Source: Pseudomonas sp. B6002 (lineage in GTDB: Bacteria; Pseudomonadota; Gammaproteobacteria; Pseudomonadales; Pseudomonadaceae). From it: a DNA stretch of 24,000 bases. The notes below the pieces were generated by a model, which saw only the letters and a list, made by a program, of their open reading frames with translations, did no database searches and was not told where the DNA came from. Shown here piece by piece: positions 1-10,507 of the stretch (position 1 is its first letter; each line of letters starts with the position of its first letter). Both the position numbers and the translations under genes were made by a program. The stretch lies in NCBI RefSeq assembly GCF_013385985.1, contig NZ_JACAOY010000025.1:115803-139802 (forward strand), in the 5' to 3' direction.

Positions 1-580
1 ACTTGGCCAGGCGCGCCTTGAGGTCGTCGTTCAGCTGTTGGCCGCGGTCCTGCACGTCGAAGATCTGCGCCAGTTGGCTGATACTTTTATAGATAGTCTC
101 GATGCGGAACGGCTCCAGCCGCGTGCCGTCGGCGCCCACCAGGTTGTCCTTGCCTTCGCAGTCGGAGGGCAGCAGGTAGGTGGGGATCTTAAGTTCCTGG
201 AATTGCTCGCGGGTGCCGACCACGCCTTGGGGGCCGACCACCCATTCCAGCTCGGCGGCCACCAGTTGCGGGCGCTTGGCGATCACCGACTCAAAGCTCG
301 GCTCGTTGTTCGCCAGGCGCTCGATGGTGTCGTTCTGAGCCTTGAACTGCGGCAACACATTGTTGAACCACAGCGAAGTGCCGACCACTTTGTCGCCCAC
401 GCCCAGGGCGTAGAGCATTTCGGTGGCGGCCTGGCCGATGGTCACGCTGCGTGCGGGGGCTTGCTGGAAGGTCTGGGTGCTGCCGCAGTTTTCCAGCGTC
501 AGCGGGTAATGGGTGGGCGCGGCCTGGGCCAGGGTGCAGAAGCCAAGGCCGGTGAGCAGGGCGGTAACGCGTGGCAGCAT
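1..580 (-). CDS. ABC-transporter periplasmic substrate-binding protein, cobalamin/siderophore (BtuF/FecB-like) type. The 3' end lies outside the window.
   Basis: My reverse-complement translation from ATG (580..578) reads MLPRVTALLTGLGFCTLAQAAPTHYPLTLENCGSTQTFQQAPARSVTIGQAATEMLYALGVGDKVVGTS... It has a signal peptide with an AQA/AP cleavage-type site and looks like the Peripla_BP_2 family. A GGAG lies upstream of the ATG and a B12 riboswitch sits immediately upstream. The frame stays open to the window edge, so it is missing from the ORF track. Track ORF 38..598 (+) is its antisense shadow. Confidence 0.75.
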   Translation of the reverse strand, partial: MLPRVTALLTGLGFCTLAQAAPTHYPLTLENCGSTQTFQQAPARSVTIGQAATEMLYALGVGDKVVGTSLWFNNVLPQFKAQNDTIERLANNEPSFESVIAKRPQLVAAELEWVVGPQGVVGTREQFQELKIPTYLLPSDCEGKDNLVGADGTRLEPFRIETIYKSISQLAQIFDVQDRGQQLNDDLKARLAK

Positions 581-709
581 GGGGCAATCTCCGTGTGAAC
601 CGTACAGTGAGCAGGGGGAGGTACGGTCGTGGAAATACAGCCATGGACGCTGCCGAAGGGCAGGGCAAGGATGTCCTTCCCGGACACCCCGCCGGTCGTG
701 ATAACGCTT

Positions 710-890
710 GGCCGGCAGGTCTCCTGACTCGTGCGTCGTCGCCACGCTCCGGCCTTCCCGAGCAAGGCTCAGTGGCAGTGTGGAGCAGGCTCAGCACCTA
801 CAGTTGCGGGGGCAGTTCCGATTGACGCGGGGGGCCGCGCTTCGGATTCCCTATTAGTCCCGTTTGGGAACCGGCGCGGTATGGTAGTCG
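710..890 (-). promoter_or_regulatory. Cobalamin (B12) riboswitch in the 5' leader of the binding-protein gene
   Basis: The minus strand carries the conserved riboswitch blocks: AATAGGGAATCCGAAGCGCGGCC, ACTGCCCCCGCAACTGTAGG, the B12 box CTGCCACTGAGCCTTGCTCGGGAAGGC, and the 3' AGTCAGGAGACCTGCC. Their order and spacing fit the class. The ends are approximate. Confidence 0.85.
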
Positions 891-980
891 ATTGAGGGGC
901 GCAGAGGGAGCTTCTTGGGTAGTGGCTTGGTGATATCATCTGTGCAGCCTTTTGATTGATCCCCTGCTCATGGAGAGCTT

Positions 981-1526
981 ATGCGTGTGCGCCCTTTACT
1001 CCTCTTGATTGCGCTTGTGCTCTCGGGATGTGCCTCTTCTCCTGAACCTTTGGATAAGCCGCTGCCTAGCACGGCGGCGCGAGAAAACTGGATTTTACAT
1101 ATCGTGTACACGGACCCGGTCATGCTGATGCGGTTGGTGCGCTATCAGTCCTTTCCCCCTGCGCCCGAGGAACAGATTGCCCAACTGCGTGGAAAGGAAA
1201 AACGGGCCTTGCCCGATGCCTATTGGGCGCTCTACGAGCAGGAGCTGGAAGCCTTTCGTTATGCACTGAGCCAGCGCGATGATAAGGCGTTGTACGACTA
1301 CGAGAAGACGTACCGTAATGAGTTGAGCCGACTCAGTGACGCGCAGCTTCAAGCCTTGGCCAAGGAGCCGTCAGCGGGGTATGGAAATCCCTTTAGCCTG
1401 TGGCGTGGATTGTTCAGTGATCGGTTTGCTGCCTACACGAAGGCAAGTCGGCAGGCCGAGCAGTCTGCCAAAGAGGCTCATCAGCAGCGCCTGGCCCTCA
1501 TGAACCGCTGCTGGAACGTGATGTAG
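981..1526 (+). CDS. Hypothetical lipoprotein
   Basis: The N-terminus MRVRPLLLLIALVLSGCASS is a signal peptide with lipobox L-S-G-C. GGAG lies about 7 nt upstream of the ATG. The rest is helical and charged, and I recognise no family. Confidence 0.7.
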   Translation: MRVRPLLLLIALVLSGCASSPEPLDKPLPSTAARENWILHIVYTDPVMLMRLVRYQSFPPAPEEQIAQLRGKEKRALPDAYWALYEQELEAFRYALSQRDDKALYDYEKTYRNELSRLSDAQLQALAKEPSAGYGNPFSLWRGLFSDRFAAYTKASRQAEQSAKEAHQQRLALMNRCWNVM

Positions 1527-1610
1527 TGAGCGGGCTTGCCCCGCGCGGCGGCATATCAGGCCCCTTGGATACACCTGACACACCGCCGCGCGGGGCAAGC
1601 CCGCTCACTA
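1524..1610. repeat. REP doublet (REPIN-like): perfect 28-bp inverted repeat with a 31-nt loop
   Basis: Left arm tagtgagcgggcttgccccgcgcggcgg (1524..1551); right arm ccgccgcgcggggcaagcccgctcacta (1583..1610), its exact reverse complement. It overlaps the lipoprotein stop codon, sits between convergent genes, and could act as a bidirectional terminator. Confidence 0.85.
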
Positions 1611-1622
1611 CAGGGCGGTGGG

Positions 1623-3005
1623 TTATTTGCGGTTCAGCCACACGGTTTGGGCGTTGCAGAATTCGCGTACGCCGAAGTGCGACAGTTCACGGCCAAAGCC
1701 GCTCTTTTTCACGCCGCCAAACGCCACCCGAGGGTCGGACACGCTGAAGGCGTTGACGAAGATCCCGCCGGTTTCCAACTGGTTGGCGATGTCGCGGGCC
1801 TTGGCCGCATCGGTGGTGAAGATGCTGGCGGTGAGGCCGAATTCGCTGTCGTTGGCCAGGGCCACGGCGTGGTCGGCGTCGCGGGCGGTGATGATTGAGG
1901 CCACCGGGCCGAACAGTTCCTGTTTGAACGAGGTCATCTGGTCGGTGACGCCGGCCAGCACGGTCGGCTCGTAGTAGTTGCCAGCACCCGCGACTTTATT
2001 GCCGCCCAGCAGCAGGGTGGCGCCTTCTTCCAGGGTGGCCTGGACCTGGCCGTGCAGTTCGTCGCGCAGATCGAAGCGTGCCATCGGGCCTACATAAGTG
2101 GTGGCCAGGGTCGGGTCGCCCATGACCAGGGCACGGCTGGCTTCAACGAATTTGGCGGTGAAGGCTTCCGCCACGCCGGCTTCGATGATCAGGCGCTTGG
2201 CGGCGGCGCAGACTTGGCCGCTGTTCTGGAAACGACCGATCAGGGCCGCTTGCACGGCGGCGTCGAGGTCGGCGTCGTTGAGCACGATGAACGGGTCGGA
2301 GCCGCCCAGCTCCAGCACGCATTTTTTCAGCGCAGCCCCGGCCTGGGAGCCGATGGCGATGCCGGCGCGCACGCTGCCGGTGAGGGTCACGGCGGCAATG
2401 CGCGGGTCGGCGATGGCGCTGGACACGCCCTCGTTGCCCACGTTGATCACTTCAAACAGGCCTTCGGCAAAACCGGCTTTGTGGAACGCCTGCTGGATCA
2501 GGTAGGCGCTGCCCATCACGTTCGGGGCGTGCTTGAGCACGTAGGTGTTGCCGGCGAGCATGGTCGGCACGGCGCCGCGCAGCACTTGCCACACCGGGAA
2601 GTTCCACGGCATCACGGCGAGGATCGGGCCCAGCGGGCGGTATTCGATCTGGGCGCTGCCGTTGTCCACCAGGGTCGGTTCCGGCGCCAGCATGGCCGGG
2701 CCGTGAGCGGCGTACCACTCGCTGAGCAGGGCGCATTTTTCGATTTCGGCACGGGCCTGGGCGATGGGCTTGCCCATTTCCAGGGTGATCATCTGCGCCA
2801 TGTCTTCGGCTTGTTCACGCAGGGCGGCGGCCAGGGCCAGCAGCAGTTCGGCGCGCTGACCGACCGGCTGGCGGCGCCAGGTGCGGAAGGCGGCGGTGGC
2901 GCGGTTCAGGGCGGCGTCCAGTTGCGCCGCGCTTTCGTAGGGGTAGCTGCCGACCGTTTCGCCGGTGGCTGGGTTGATCGAGAGAGCGTGGGTGGTTGCG
3001 TTCAT
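1623..3005 (-). CDS. sad: NAD(P)+-dependent succinate-semialdehyde dehydrogenase (aldehyde dehydrogenase family, Sad/YneI-like)
   Basis: The 460-aa ORF has ALDH hallmarks: catalytic Glu in VLELGGSDP, catalytic Cys in GQVCAAAKR, PWNFP, and C-terminal GGVKKSGFGRELS. Its length and many blocks match my memory of E. coli Sad/YneI. AGGA precedes the ATG. Confidence 0.9.
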   Translation of the reverse strand: MNATTHALSINPATGETVGSYPYESAAQLDAALNRATAAFRTWRRQPVGQRAELLLALAAALREQAEDMAQMITLEMGKPIAQARAEIEKCALLSEWYAAHGPAMLAPEPTLVDNGSAQIEYRPLGPILAVMPWNFPVWQVLRGAVPTMLAGNTYVLKHAPNVMGSAYLIQQAFHKAGFAEGLFEVINVGNEGVSSAIADPRIAAVTLTGSVRAGIAIGSQAGAALKKCVLELGGSDPFIVLNDADLDAAVQAALIGRFQNSGQVCAAAKRLIIEAGVAEAFTAKFVEASRALVMGDPTLATTYVGPMARFDLRDELHGQVQATLEEGATLLLGGNKVAGAGNYYEPTVLAGVTDQMTSFKQELFGPVASIITARDADHAVALANDSEFGLTASIFTTDAAKARDIANQLETGGIFVNAFSVSDPRVAFGGVKKSGFGRELSHFGVREFCNAQTVWLNRK

Positions 3006-3068
3006 GGCACCGTCCTGCTGAATGAATGGATTGGGTTTAGGCTACGGGGCTATCTCTTTTCTGGAAAC

Positions 3069-3093
3069 TGAATAATATTAAGCAATACATTCA
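3069..3093. promoter_or_regulatory. Candidate LysR-type operator: TGAAT-N15-ATTCA dyad in the divergent intergenic region
   Basis: TGAAT (3069..3073) and ATTCA (3089..3093) flank an AT-rich core, between the divergently transcribed sad and LysR genes. The call rests on motif and position only. Confidence 0.25.
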
Positions 3094-3108
3094 CGATTGG
3101 AGAATGAT

Positions 3109-3981
3109 ATGGATCTGGTGCAGCTGGAAATCTTCAAGGCCGTTGCCGAGCAAGGCAGCATCAGCGCCGCCGCGCAGTTGATTCATCGTGTGCCGTCGAA
3201 CCTGACCACGCGCATCAAGCAACTGGAGCAGGACCTGGGCGTGGAATTGTTCATCCGCGAGAAGAGCCGCTTGCGCCTGTCGCCGGCGGGCTGGAACTTC
3301 CTCGGCTATGCGCGGCGCATTCTCGACCTGGTGCAAGAAGCCCGCGCCACGGTGGCGGGGGAGGAGCCCCAGGGCGCGTTTGCCCTGGGGTCGCTGGAGA
3401 GCACGGCAGCGGTGCGCATCCCAGCCTTGCTGGCGGCGTACAACCAGAAGCACACCAAGGTCGAACTCGACCTGAGCACCGGGCCGTCGGGCACGATGAT
3501 CGAAGGGGTGTTGTCGGGGCGACTGGCGGCGGCGTTTGTGGATGGGCCGGTGTTGCACGCGACCCTGGAAGGGGTGGCGGTGTTCGAGGAGGAAATGGTG
3601 GTGATCGCACCGCTGCACCATGCGCCGATTACCCGGGGGCAGGATGTGGCGGGGGAGAGCATCTATACGTTTCGCTCGAACTGTTCTTACCGCCATCACT
3701 TCGAGCGCTGGTTTTCACAGGATGGCGCGGTGCCGGGCAGGATCTTCGAGATGGAGTCCTACCACGGCATGCTCGCCTGCGTCAGTGCCGGTGCGGGCCT
3801 GGCGCTGATGCCACGCAGCATGCTCGAAAGCATGCCGGGGTTTACGGCGGTGAGTGTGTGGCCGTTGAGCGACAGCTTCCGGATTCTGCACACGTGGCTG
3901 ATCTGGCGACGGGGGACGGTGTCGCAGAGCCTGAACAGCTTCGTAAAACTGCTGGAAGAACGCGACCTGGTGGCCGCTTGA
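3109..3981 (+). CDS. LysR-family transcriptional regulator (YneJ-like, divergent from sad)
   Basis: The N-terminal wHTH reads [48 protein letters not shown], followed by a LysR substrate-binding domain. I chose ATG 3109 (GGAG 6 nt upstream) over the track's TTG at 3097. Confidence 0.9.
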   Translation: MDLVQLEIFKAVAEQGSISAAAQLIHRVPSNLTTRIKQLEQDLGVELFIREKSRLRLSPAGWNFLGYARRILDLVQEARATVAGEEPQGAFALGSLESTAAVRIPALLAAYNQKHTKVELDLSTGPSGTMIEGVLSGRLAAAFVDGPVLHATLEGVAVFEEEMVVIAPLHHAPITRGQDVAGESIYTFRSNCSYRHHFERWFSQDGAVPGRIFEMESYHGMLACVSAGAGLALMPRSMLESMPGFTAVSVWPLSDSFRILHTWLIWRRGTVSQSLNSFVKLLEERDLVAA

Positions 3982-3983
3982 CA

Positions 3984-4070
3984 CCTGTAGGAGCCCGGCT
4001 TGCCGGCGATGGCGATTTCACGGACGCCATCGCCGCGGTGCGACGATTCGACAAGCCAGCTCCCACAAGG
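3984..4070. repeat. Chimeric REP doublet
   Basis: The left arm 3984..4014 (cctgtaggagcccggcttgccggcgatggcg) is identical to 4343..4373. The right part contains caagccagctcccaca (4052..4067), identical to 8103..8118 of the uvrB-gltX REP doublet, so the two arms come from two REP sub-families. Confidence 0.7.
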
Positions 4071-4099
4071 GATTTTTTTGGGGGGAGGGTGAGGTGAAG

Positions 4100-4309
4100 T
4101 CAGCCGCCGAATTGCAGGGTGCCCATGGCCAGTTTTGCCATGATGGCTGCGGCGCCCAACTGCACCAGCCACAGGGCCAGACCGCCGAGGAATACACCCA
4201 GCGCCACCTGCAACACCAGGCTCTTCTGCCGCTTAACCTGTGGCGCGCGCGGGGCGTAGTCGTGCAGTTCGTCGCGGTCGGCGCGCAGGTCCAGGTCGTC
4301 GTTTCTCAT
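4100..4309 (-). CDS. Small hypothetical membrane protein (69 aa; charged N-terminus plus one hydrophobic helix)
   Basis: The sequence is MRNDDLDLRADRDELHDYAPRAPQVKRQKSLVLQVALGVFLGGLALWLVQLGAAAIMAKLAMGTLQFGG. By my codon-by-codon reading it has strong GC3 bias, whereas the overlapping + ORF 4094..4327 translates to low-complexity junk. The RBS is weak and I recognise no homology. Confidence 0.45.
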   Translation of the reverse strand: MRNDDLDLRADRDELHDYAPRAPQVKRQKSLVLQVALGVFLGGLALWLVQLGAAAIMAKLAMGTLQFGG

Positions 4310-4342
4310 AGGTCACTCACAGGGTAATGGCGGAACACATGA

Positions 4343-4414
4343 CCTGTAGGAGCCCGGCTTGCCGGCGATGGCGTTTTCAAGGGCGCCATCGCCGGCAAGC
4401 CGGGCTCCTACGGG
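4343..4414. repeat. REP doublet (REPIN-like): 31-bp arms, one mismatch, 10-nt loop
   Basis: Arms are cctgtaggagcccggcttgccggcgatggcg (4343..4373) and cgccatcgccggcaagccgggctcctacggg (4384..4414). Confidence 0.9.
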
Positions 4415-4464
4415 ATTGCTGCATGGCTTCAGTCTAGGGGAGCAGGGCTTTTTGCGACAGGCAT

Positions 4465-4500
4465 TAAAAAAGGGAAGCCACTCAATGGCTTCCCTTTTTT
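4465..4500. terminator. Bidirectional rho-independent terminator downstream of the aminotransferase gene
   Basis: aaaaaa-gggaagcca-ctcaa-tggcttccc-tttttt: a 9-bp GC-rich stem flanked by an A-run and a T-run, 16 nt after the stop codon of the minus-strand gene. Confidence 0.8.
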
Positions 4501-4515
4501 CACAACCGCAAAGGC

Positions 4516-5712
4516 TTACAGCACCTGAACGATCGCCTTGGTCACGGCATCAATGTTCGACTGGTTCAACGCCGCCACACAGATACGGCCAGTGTCGAGG
4601 GCGTAGATGCCGAACTCGCTGCGCAGGCGGGTGACTTGCTCAACGGTCAGGCCGGAGTAGGAGAACATCCCGCGCTGGCGACCGACAAAACTGAAGTCGT
4701 GGCCTGGAGCGGCCTTGGCCAGTTCCGATACCATCTGCTCGCGCATGCCGCGAATACGCAGGCGCATTTCGCCCAGCTCGGCTTCCCACTGGGCGCGCAG
4801 CTCAGGGTTGTTCAGCACCGCTGCCACGATTGCCGCGCCGTGGGTCGGCGGGTTGGAGTAGTTGGTGCGGATCACGCGCTTGACCTGGGACAGGATGCGC
4901 GCGCTTTCTTCCTTGGACTCGCCAACGATGGACAGTGCGCCCACACGCTCGCCGTACAGGGAGAACGACTTGGAGAACGAGCTGGACACAAAGAAGGTCA
5001 GGCCCGACTCAGCGAACAGGCGCACCGCAGCGGCGTCTTCGTGGATGCCGTCGCCGAAGCCCTGGTAGGCCATGTCGAGGAACGGCACGAGTTTCTTGGC
5101 CTTGACCACGTCCAGTACGTTCTGCCAGTCGGCCGGGCTCAGGTCGACGCCGGTCGGGTTGTGGCAGCAGGCGTGCAGCACCACGATGGACTGTGGCGGC
5201 AGGGCGTTGAGGTCTTCGAGCAGGCCGGCACGGTTCACGTCGTGGGTGGCGGCGTCGTAGTAGCGGTAGTTCTGCACCGGGAAACCGGCGGTTTCGAACA
5301 GGGCGCGGTGGTTTTCCCAGCTGGGGTCGCTGATGGCCACGACGGCATCTGGCAGCAGTTGCTTGAGGAAGTCTGCGCCGATCTTCAGTGCGCCGGTGCC
5401 GCCAACGGCCTGTACGGTGGTGACGCGGCCAGCGGCCAGCAGGGGCGACTCAGCGCCGAACAGCAGGGTTTGCACGGCCTTGTCGTAGGCCGCGATGCCG
5501 TCGATTGGCAAGTAGCCACGAGCGGCGTGTTGCGCCACGCGAATGGCTTCCGCTTCGGCAACGGCACGCAAGAGTGGAATCTTCCCCTCTTCGTTGCAGT
5601 AAACGCCTACGCCAAGGTTGACCTTGGTGGTTCGTGTGTCGGCGTTGAATGCTTCGTTGAGGCCCAGGATAGGATCGCGTGGTGCCATTTCGACAGCGGA
5701 GAACAGGCTCAT
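4516..5712 (-). CDS. Class-I aspartate/aromatic-amino-acid aminotransferase (AspC/TyrB family)
   Basis: The 398-aa protein starts MSLFSAVEMAPRDPILGLNEAFNADTRTTKVNLGVGVYCNEEGKIPLLRAVAEAE, which aligns with the AspC/TyrB N-termini. The PLP-lysine block SSSFSKSFSLYGERVG is present. The track ORF (to 5847) adds a 45-aa non-homologous extension, so I chose ATG 5712. Confidence 0.9.
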   Translation of the reverse strand: MSLFSAVEMAPRDPILGLNEAFNADTRTTKVNLGVGVYCNEEGKIPLLRAVAEAEAIRVAQHAARGYLPIDGIAAYDKAVQTLLFGAESPLLAAGRVTTVQAVGGTGALKIGADFLKQLLPDAVVAISDPSWENHRALFETAGFPVQNYRYYDAATHDVNRAGLLEDLNALPPQSIVVLHACCHNPTGVDLSPADWQNVLDVVKAKKLVPFLDMAYQGFGDGIHEDAAAVRLFAESGLTFFVSSSFSKSFSLYGERVGALSIVGESKEESARILSQVKRVIRTNYSNPPTHGAAIVAAVLNNPELRAQWEAELGEMRLRIRGMREQMVSELAKAAPGHDFSFVGRQRGMFSYSGLTVEQVTRLRSEFGIYALDTGRICVAALNQSNIDAVTKAIVQVL

Positions 5713-6055
5713 TTTTGCGGCAGCTCTATGGGGGAAGGGAGGGACGTGTCGCGCTCCAGCCGAATGCACTAGAGCGGTGCACAAACGGGGAGCTAGTATA
5801 GAGGCCATCACCGCCTGAGGCGACAACCGAAACGGCTTTTCGGCCAAGTTTTTCGGTTTATTTGCTGACCGTTAGTCTTATTGCAACATTGATCCTGAGC
5901 GGCAGGTAGGACGATTGCCTTGAAACCCGTCACATTCGGCACCACTTCTACAGCTATCATGGTTTTTTCCTGCAACCTGCGATGACTATTCGCGGGTTGC
6001 TGAGCTATTTCGTCCCTGGCGGTTTCGAGTCTGGGGTGACTTCACGAGGTACGTT

Positions 6056-8071
<2,016 letters not shown>

Positions 8072-8094
8072 TTTGCGGTGACTGGCCTGGCCTC

Positions 8095-8165
8095 ATCGCA
8101 GGCAAGCCAGCTCCCACATTTTGACCGCGTTCGCAGTTCGAGGTGGGAGCTGGCTTGCCTGCGAT
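8095..8165. repeat. REP doublet (REPIN-like): perfect 23-bp inverted repeat with a 25-nt loop
   Basis: Arms are atcgcaggcaagccagctcccac (8095..8117) and gtgggagctggcttgcctgcgat (8143..8165). It lies inside the spurious N-terminal extension of track ORF 8121..9758. Confidence 0.9.
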
Positions 8166-8276
8166 AGGGGCGGCGCGGTCCATCAGAATCACCCAAGCTG
8201 GAGCCCAACCACCTGGGGCTGTTACCATTCGCCCCTTGTTTCAATTTTCAGTTTTATCGCCCATTCGAGACCTGCC

Positions 8277-9758
8277 ATGACCACCGTCCGCACGCGCATC
8301 GCGCCATCGCCCACTGGGGATCCCCACGTCGGCACTGCTTACATCGCCTTGTTCAACTACTGCTTTGCCAAGCAGCACGGCGGTGAATTCATCCTGCGGA
8401 TCGAAGACACCGATCAACTGCGTTCCACCCGCGAGTCGGAACAGCAGATCTTCGATGCCCTGCGCTGGTTGGGCATTACCTGGGCCGAAGGCCCGGACGT
8501 CGGCGGCCCGCACGGCCCGTATCGCCAGAGCGAGCGCAGCGACATCTACAAGCAGTACACCCAGCAGTTGGTCGACATGGGGCACGCGTTCCCGTGCTTC
8601 TGCACGGCTGAAGAGCTGGACCAGATGCGCGCCGAGCAACAGGCCCGTGGCGAGACCCCGCGCTACGACGGCCGTGCGTTGCTGCTGTCCAAAGAAGAAG
8701 TGGCGCGCCGCCTGGCGGCCGGTGAACCCCATGTGATCCGCATGAAGGTGCCGAGTGAAGGCGTGTGCGTGGTGCCGGACATGCTGCGTGGCGACGTTGA
8801 GATCCCGTGGGACCGCATGGACATGCAGGTGCTGATGAAGACCGACGGCCTGCCGACGTACTTCCTGGCCAACGTGGTCGATGACCACCTGATGGGCATC
8901 ACCCACGTACTGCGTGGCGAAGAATGGCTGCCGTCGGCACCGAAATTGATCCTGCTCTACGAGTACTTCGGTTGGGAGCAGCCGCAGCTGTGCTACATGC
9001 CGCTGCTGCGTAACCCGGACAAGAGCAAGCTGTCCAAGCGCAAGAACCCGACCTCGGTGACCTTCTACGAGCGCATGGGCTTCATGCCTGAAGCGATGCT
9101 CAACTACCTGGGGCGCATGGGCTGGTCGATGCCGGACGAGCGCGAGAAGTTCTCGTTGCAGGAAATGGTCGACAACTTTGACTTGTCCCGCGTTTCCTTG
9201 GGCGGGCCGATCTTCGATATCGAGAAGCTGTCGTGGCTCAACGGCCAATGGCTGCGTGACCTGCCGGTGGAAGAATTCGCCAGCCGTGTGCAGCAGTGGG
9301 CGCTGAACCCCGAGTACATGATGAAGATCGCGCCGCTGGTGCAGGGCAGGGTGGAGACGTTCAGCCAGGTCGCGCCGTTGGCCAGCTTCTTCTTTGCCGG
9401 GGGCGTGAACCCGGATGCCAAGCTGTTTGAGTCCAAGAAACTCTCGGGCGACCAGGTGCGCCAGTTGATGCAGCTGATCCTGTGGAAGCTCGAGAGCCTG
9501 CGCCAGTGGGAGAAGGACGCGATCACCGCGACGATCCAGGCGGTGGTGGAATCCCTGGAGTTGAAGTTGCGTGATGCCATGCCGCTGATGTTTGCCGCGA
9601 TCACTGGGCAGGCGAGTTCGGTGTCGGTGCTGGATGCGATGGAAATTCTCGGTCCGGACCTCACGCGTTTCCGTCTGCGCCAAGCCCTTGATTTGCTTGG
9701 TGGTGTGTCGAAGAAAGAAAACAAAGAGTGGGAAAAGCTGTTGGGCGCTATCGCTTAA
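8277..9758 (+). CDS. gltX: Glutamyl-tRNA synthetase
   Basis: The 493-aa protein starts [28 protein letters not shown] (class I HIGH-type motif HVGT), with the KMSKS-type motif KLSKR. Start ATG 8277 was chosen by homology. The region upstream is a REP element. Confidence 0.95.
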   Translation: MTTVRTRIAPSPTGDPHVGTAYIALFNYCFAKQHGGEFILRIEDTDQLRSTRESEQQIFDALRWLGITWAEGPDVGGPHGPYRQSERSDIYKQYTQQLVDMGHAFPCFCTAEELDQMRAEQQARGETPRYDGRALLLSKEEVARRLAAGEPHVIRMKVPSEGVCVVPDMLRGDVEIPWDRMDMQVLMKTDGLPTYFLANVVDDHLMGITHVLRGEEWLPSAPKLILLYEYFGWEQPQLCYMPLLRNPDKSKLSKRKNPTSVTFYERMGFMPEAMLNYLGRMGWSMPDEREKFSLQEMVDNFDLSRVSLGGPIFDIEKLSWLNGQWLRDLPVEEFASRVQQWALNPEYMMKIAPLVQGRVETFSQVAPLASFFFAGGVNPDAKLFESKKLSGDQVRQLMQLILWKLESLRQWEKDAITATIQAVVESLELKLRDAMPLMFAAITGQASSVSVLDAMEILGPDLTRFRLRQALDLLGGVSKKENKEWEKLLGAIA

Positions 9759-9776
9759 TCAGCCTGCTACAACGAC

Positions 9777-9800
9777 GAAACCCCGGTTTTCCGGGGTTTC
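9777..9800 (+). terminator. Stem-loop after gltX, a possible terminator
   Basis: gaaaccccgg-tttt-ccggggtttc forms a perfect 10-bp stem 19 nt after the gltX stop. No clean T-tract follows, so terminator function is uncertain. Confidence 0.5.
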
Positions 9801-9855
9801 GCCGGTAAGTGATTGTTATCCCGGCAAAAAATTTTGGAAATTGTTGAAAATAAAT

Positions 9856-9884
9856 TTGACACACTTCCAAAGCGCCATTAAGAT
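9856..9884 (+). promoter_or_regulatory. Sigma70-type promoter for the tRNA cluster
   Basis: TTGACA (9856..9861), a 17-nt spacer, then TAAGAT (9879..9884). An AT-rich UP-like stretch lies upstream (aaaaaattttggaaattgttgaaaataaat). A GC-rich discriminator (tcgccccgtcc) lies before tRNA +1 at 9906. Confidence 0.6.
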
Positions 9885-9905
9885 TCGCCCCGTCCTCACC
9901 GATGA

Positions 9906-9981
<76 letters not shown>

Positions 9982-10059
9982 ATTTACAGGTTCAAGGTCT
10001 GGCCACACCGGCTTTGAATCGATCAGTTCTCAGCGCTGATCAGTTGTACAGAAGGTTTT

Positions 10060-10135
10060 GTCCCCTTCGTCTAGTGGCCTAGGACACCGCCCTTTCACGG
10101 CGGTAACAGGGGTTCGAGTCCCCTAGGGGACGCCA
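10060..10135 (+). tRNA. tRNA-Glu (anticodon UUC)
   Basis: 76 nt: acceptor stem GTCCCCT/AGGGGAC, anticodon loop CTTTCAC, T-loop TTCGAGT, encoded CCA. Confidence 0.97.
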
Positions 10136-10185
10136 GTTTCAACAAGCAGTTCGAGAGGCCTGCTGCGTCGCGAGACGAAAAATCC

Positions 10186-10261
<76 letters not shown>

Positions 10262-10340
10262 ATTTACAGGTTCAAGGTCTGGCCACACCGTCCTTGAATC
10301 GATCAGTTCTCAGCACTGATCAGGTGTATAGAAGGTTTGT

Positions 10341-10416
10341 GTCCCCTTCGTCTAGTGGCCTAGGACACCGCCCTTTCACGGCGGTAACAGGGGTTCGAGT
10401 CCCCTAGGGGACGCCA
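10341..10416 (+). tRNA. tRNA-Glu (anticodon UUC), second copy
   Basis: Identical in sequence to 10060..10135. Confidence 0.97.
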
Positions 10417-10422
10417 CGATTA

Positions 10423-10477
10423 CCCGCTCTGCGGGATTTTTAAGGGTCATTCAATTATTGAATGGCCCTTTTGTTTG
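10423..10477 (+). terminator. Two consecutive terminator hairpins ending the tRNA operon
   Basis: The first is cccgc-tct-gcggg followed by attttt (10423..10441). The second is agggtcattcaa-tta-ttgaatggccct followed by tttgtttg (10443..10477). Confidence 0.7.
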
Positions 10478-10507
10478 TCTGGCGTTTGGGTTTTTGCCCG
10501 CCCTTGT

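Noticed and set aside
38-598. 186-aa plus-strand ORF at the left edge
   Set aside because: It is antisense to the binding-protein gene, which has a signal peptide, an RBS and an upstream B12 riboswitch. Its own translation is low-complexity (GG/AL/HQ-rich).
2052-3071. 339-aa plus-strand ORF. Similar long antisense ORFs lie at 4636..5772 (+), 6005..6532 (-), 7352..8244 (-), 8241..9683 (-), 18060..18803 (+), 19820..20449 (+), 20612..22345 (+) and 22376..23215 (+).
   Set aside because: All lie antisense to genes with strong family signatures (ALDH, aminotransferase, uvrB, gltX, Hsp70, GGDEF-EAL). They translate into Gly/Ala/Arg/His-rich junk with no motifs.
4094-4327. 77-aa plus-strand ORF overlapping the small membrane-protein ORF
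   Set aside because: Its third-codon-position GC bias is weaker than that of the minus-strand frame. It translates to QGH-rich low-complexity sequence without hydrophobic segments or an RBS.
5713-5847. 45-aa N-terminal extension of the aminotransferase ORF, and similarly 8121..8276 for gltX and 16264..16323 for the J-protein
   Set aside because: Homology to the protein families begins at the internal Met in each case. The gltX extension runs through a REP doublet. The J-protein internal ATG forms an ATGA overlap with the upstream gene.
5848-6055. LexA/SOS box upstream of uvrB
   Set aside because: No CTG-N10-CAG-type dyad is visible in the intergenic region, so none is annotated.
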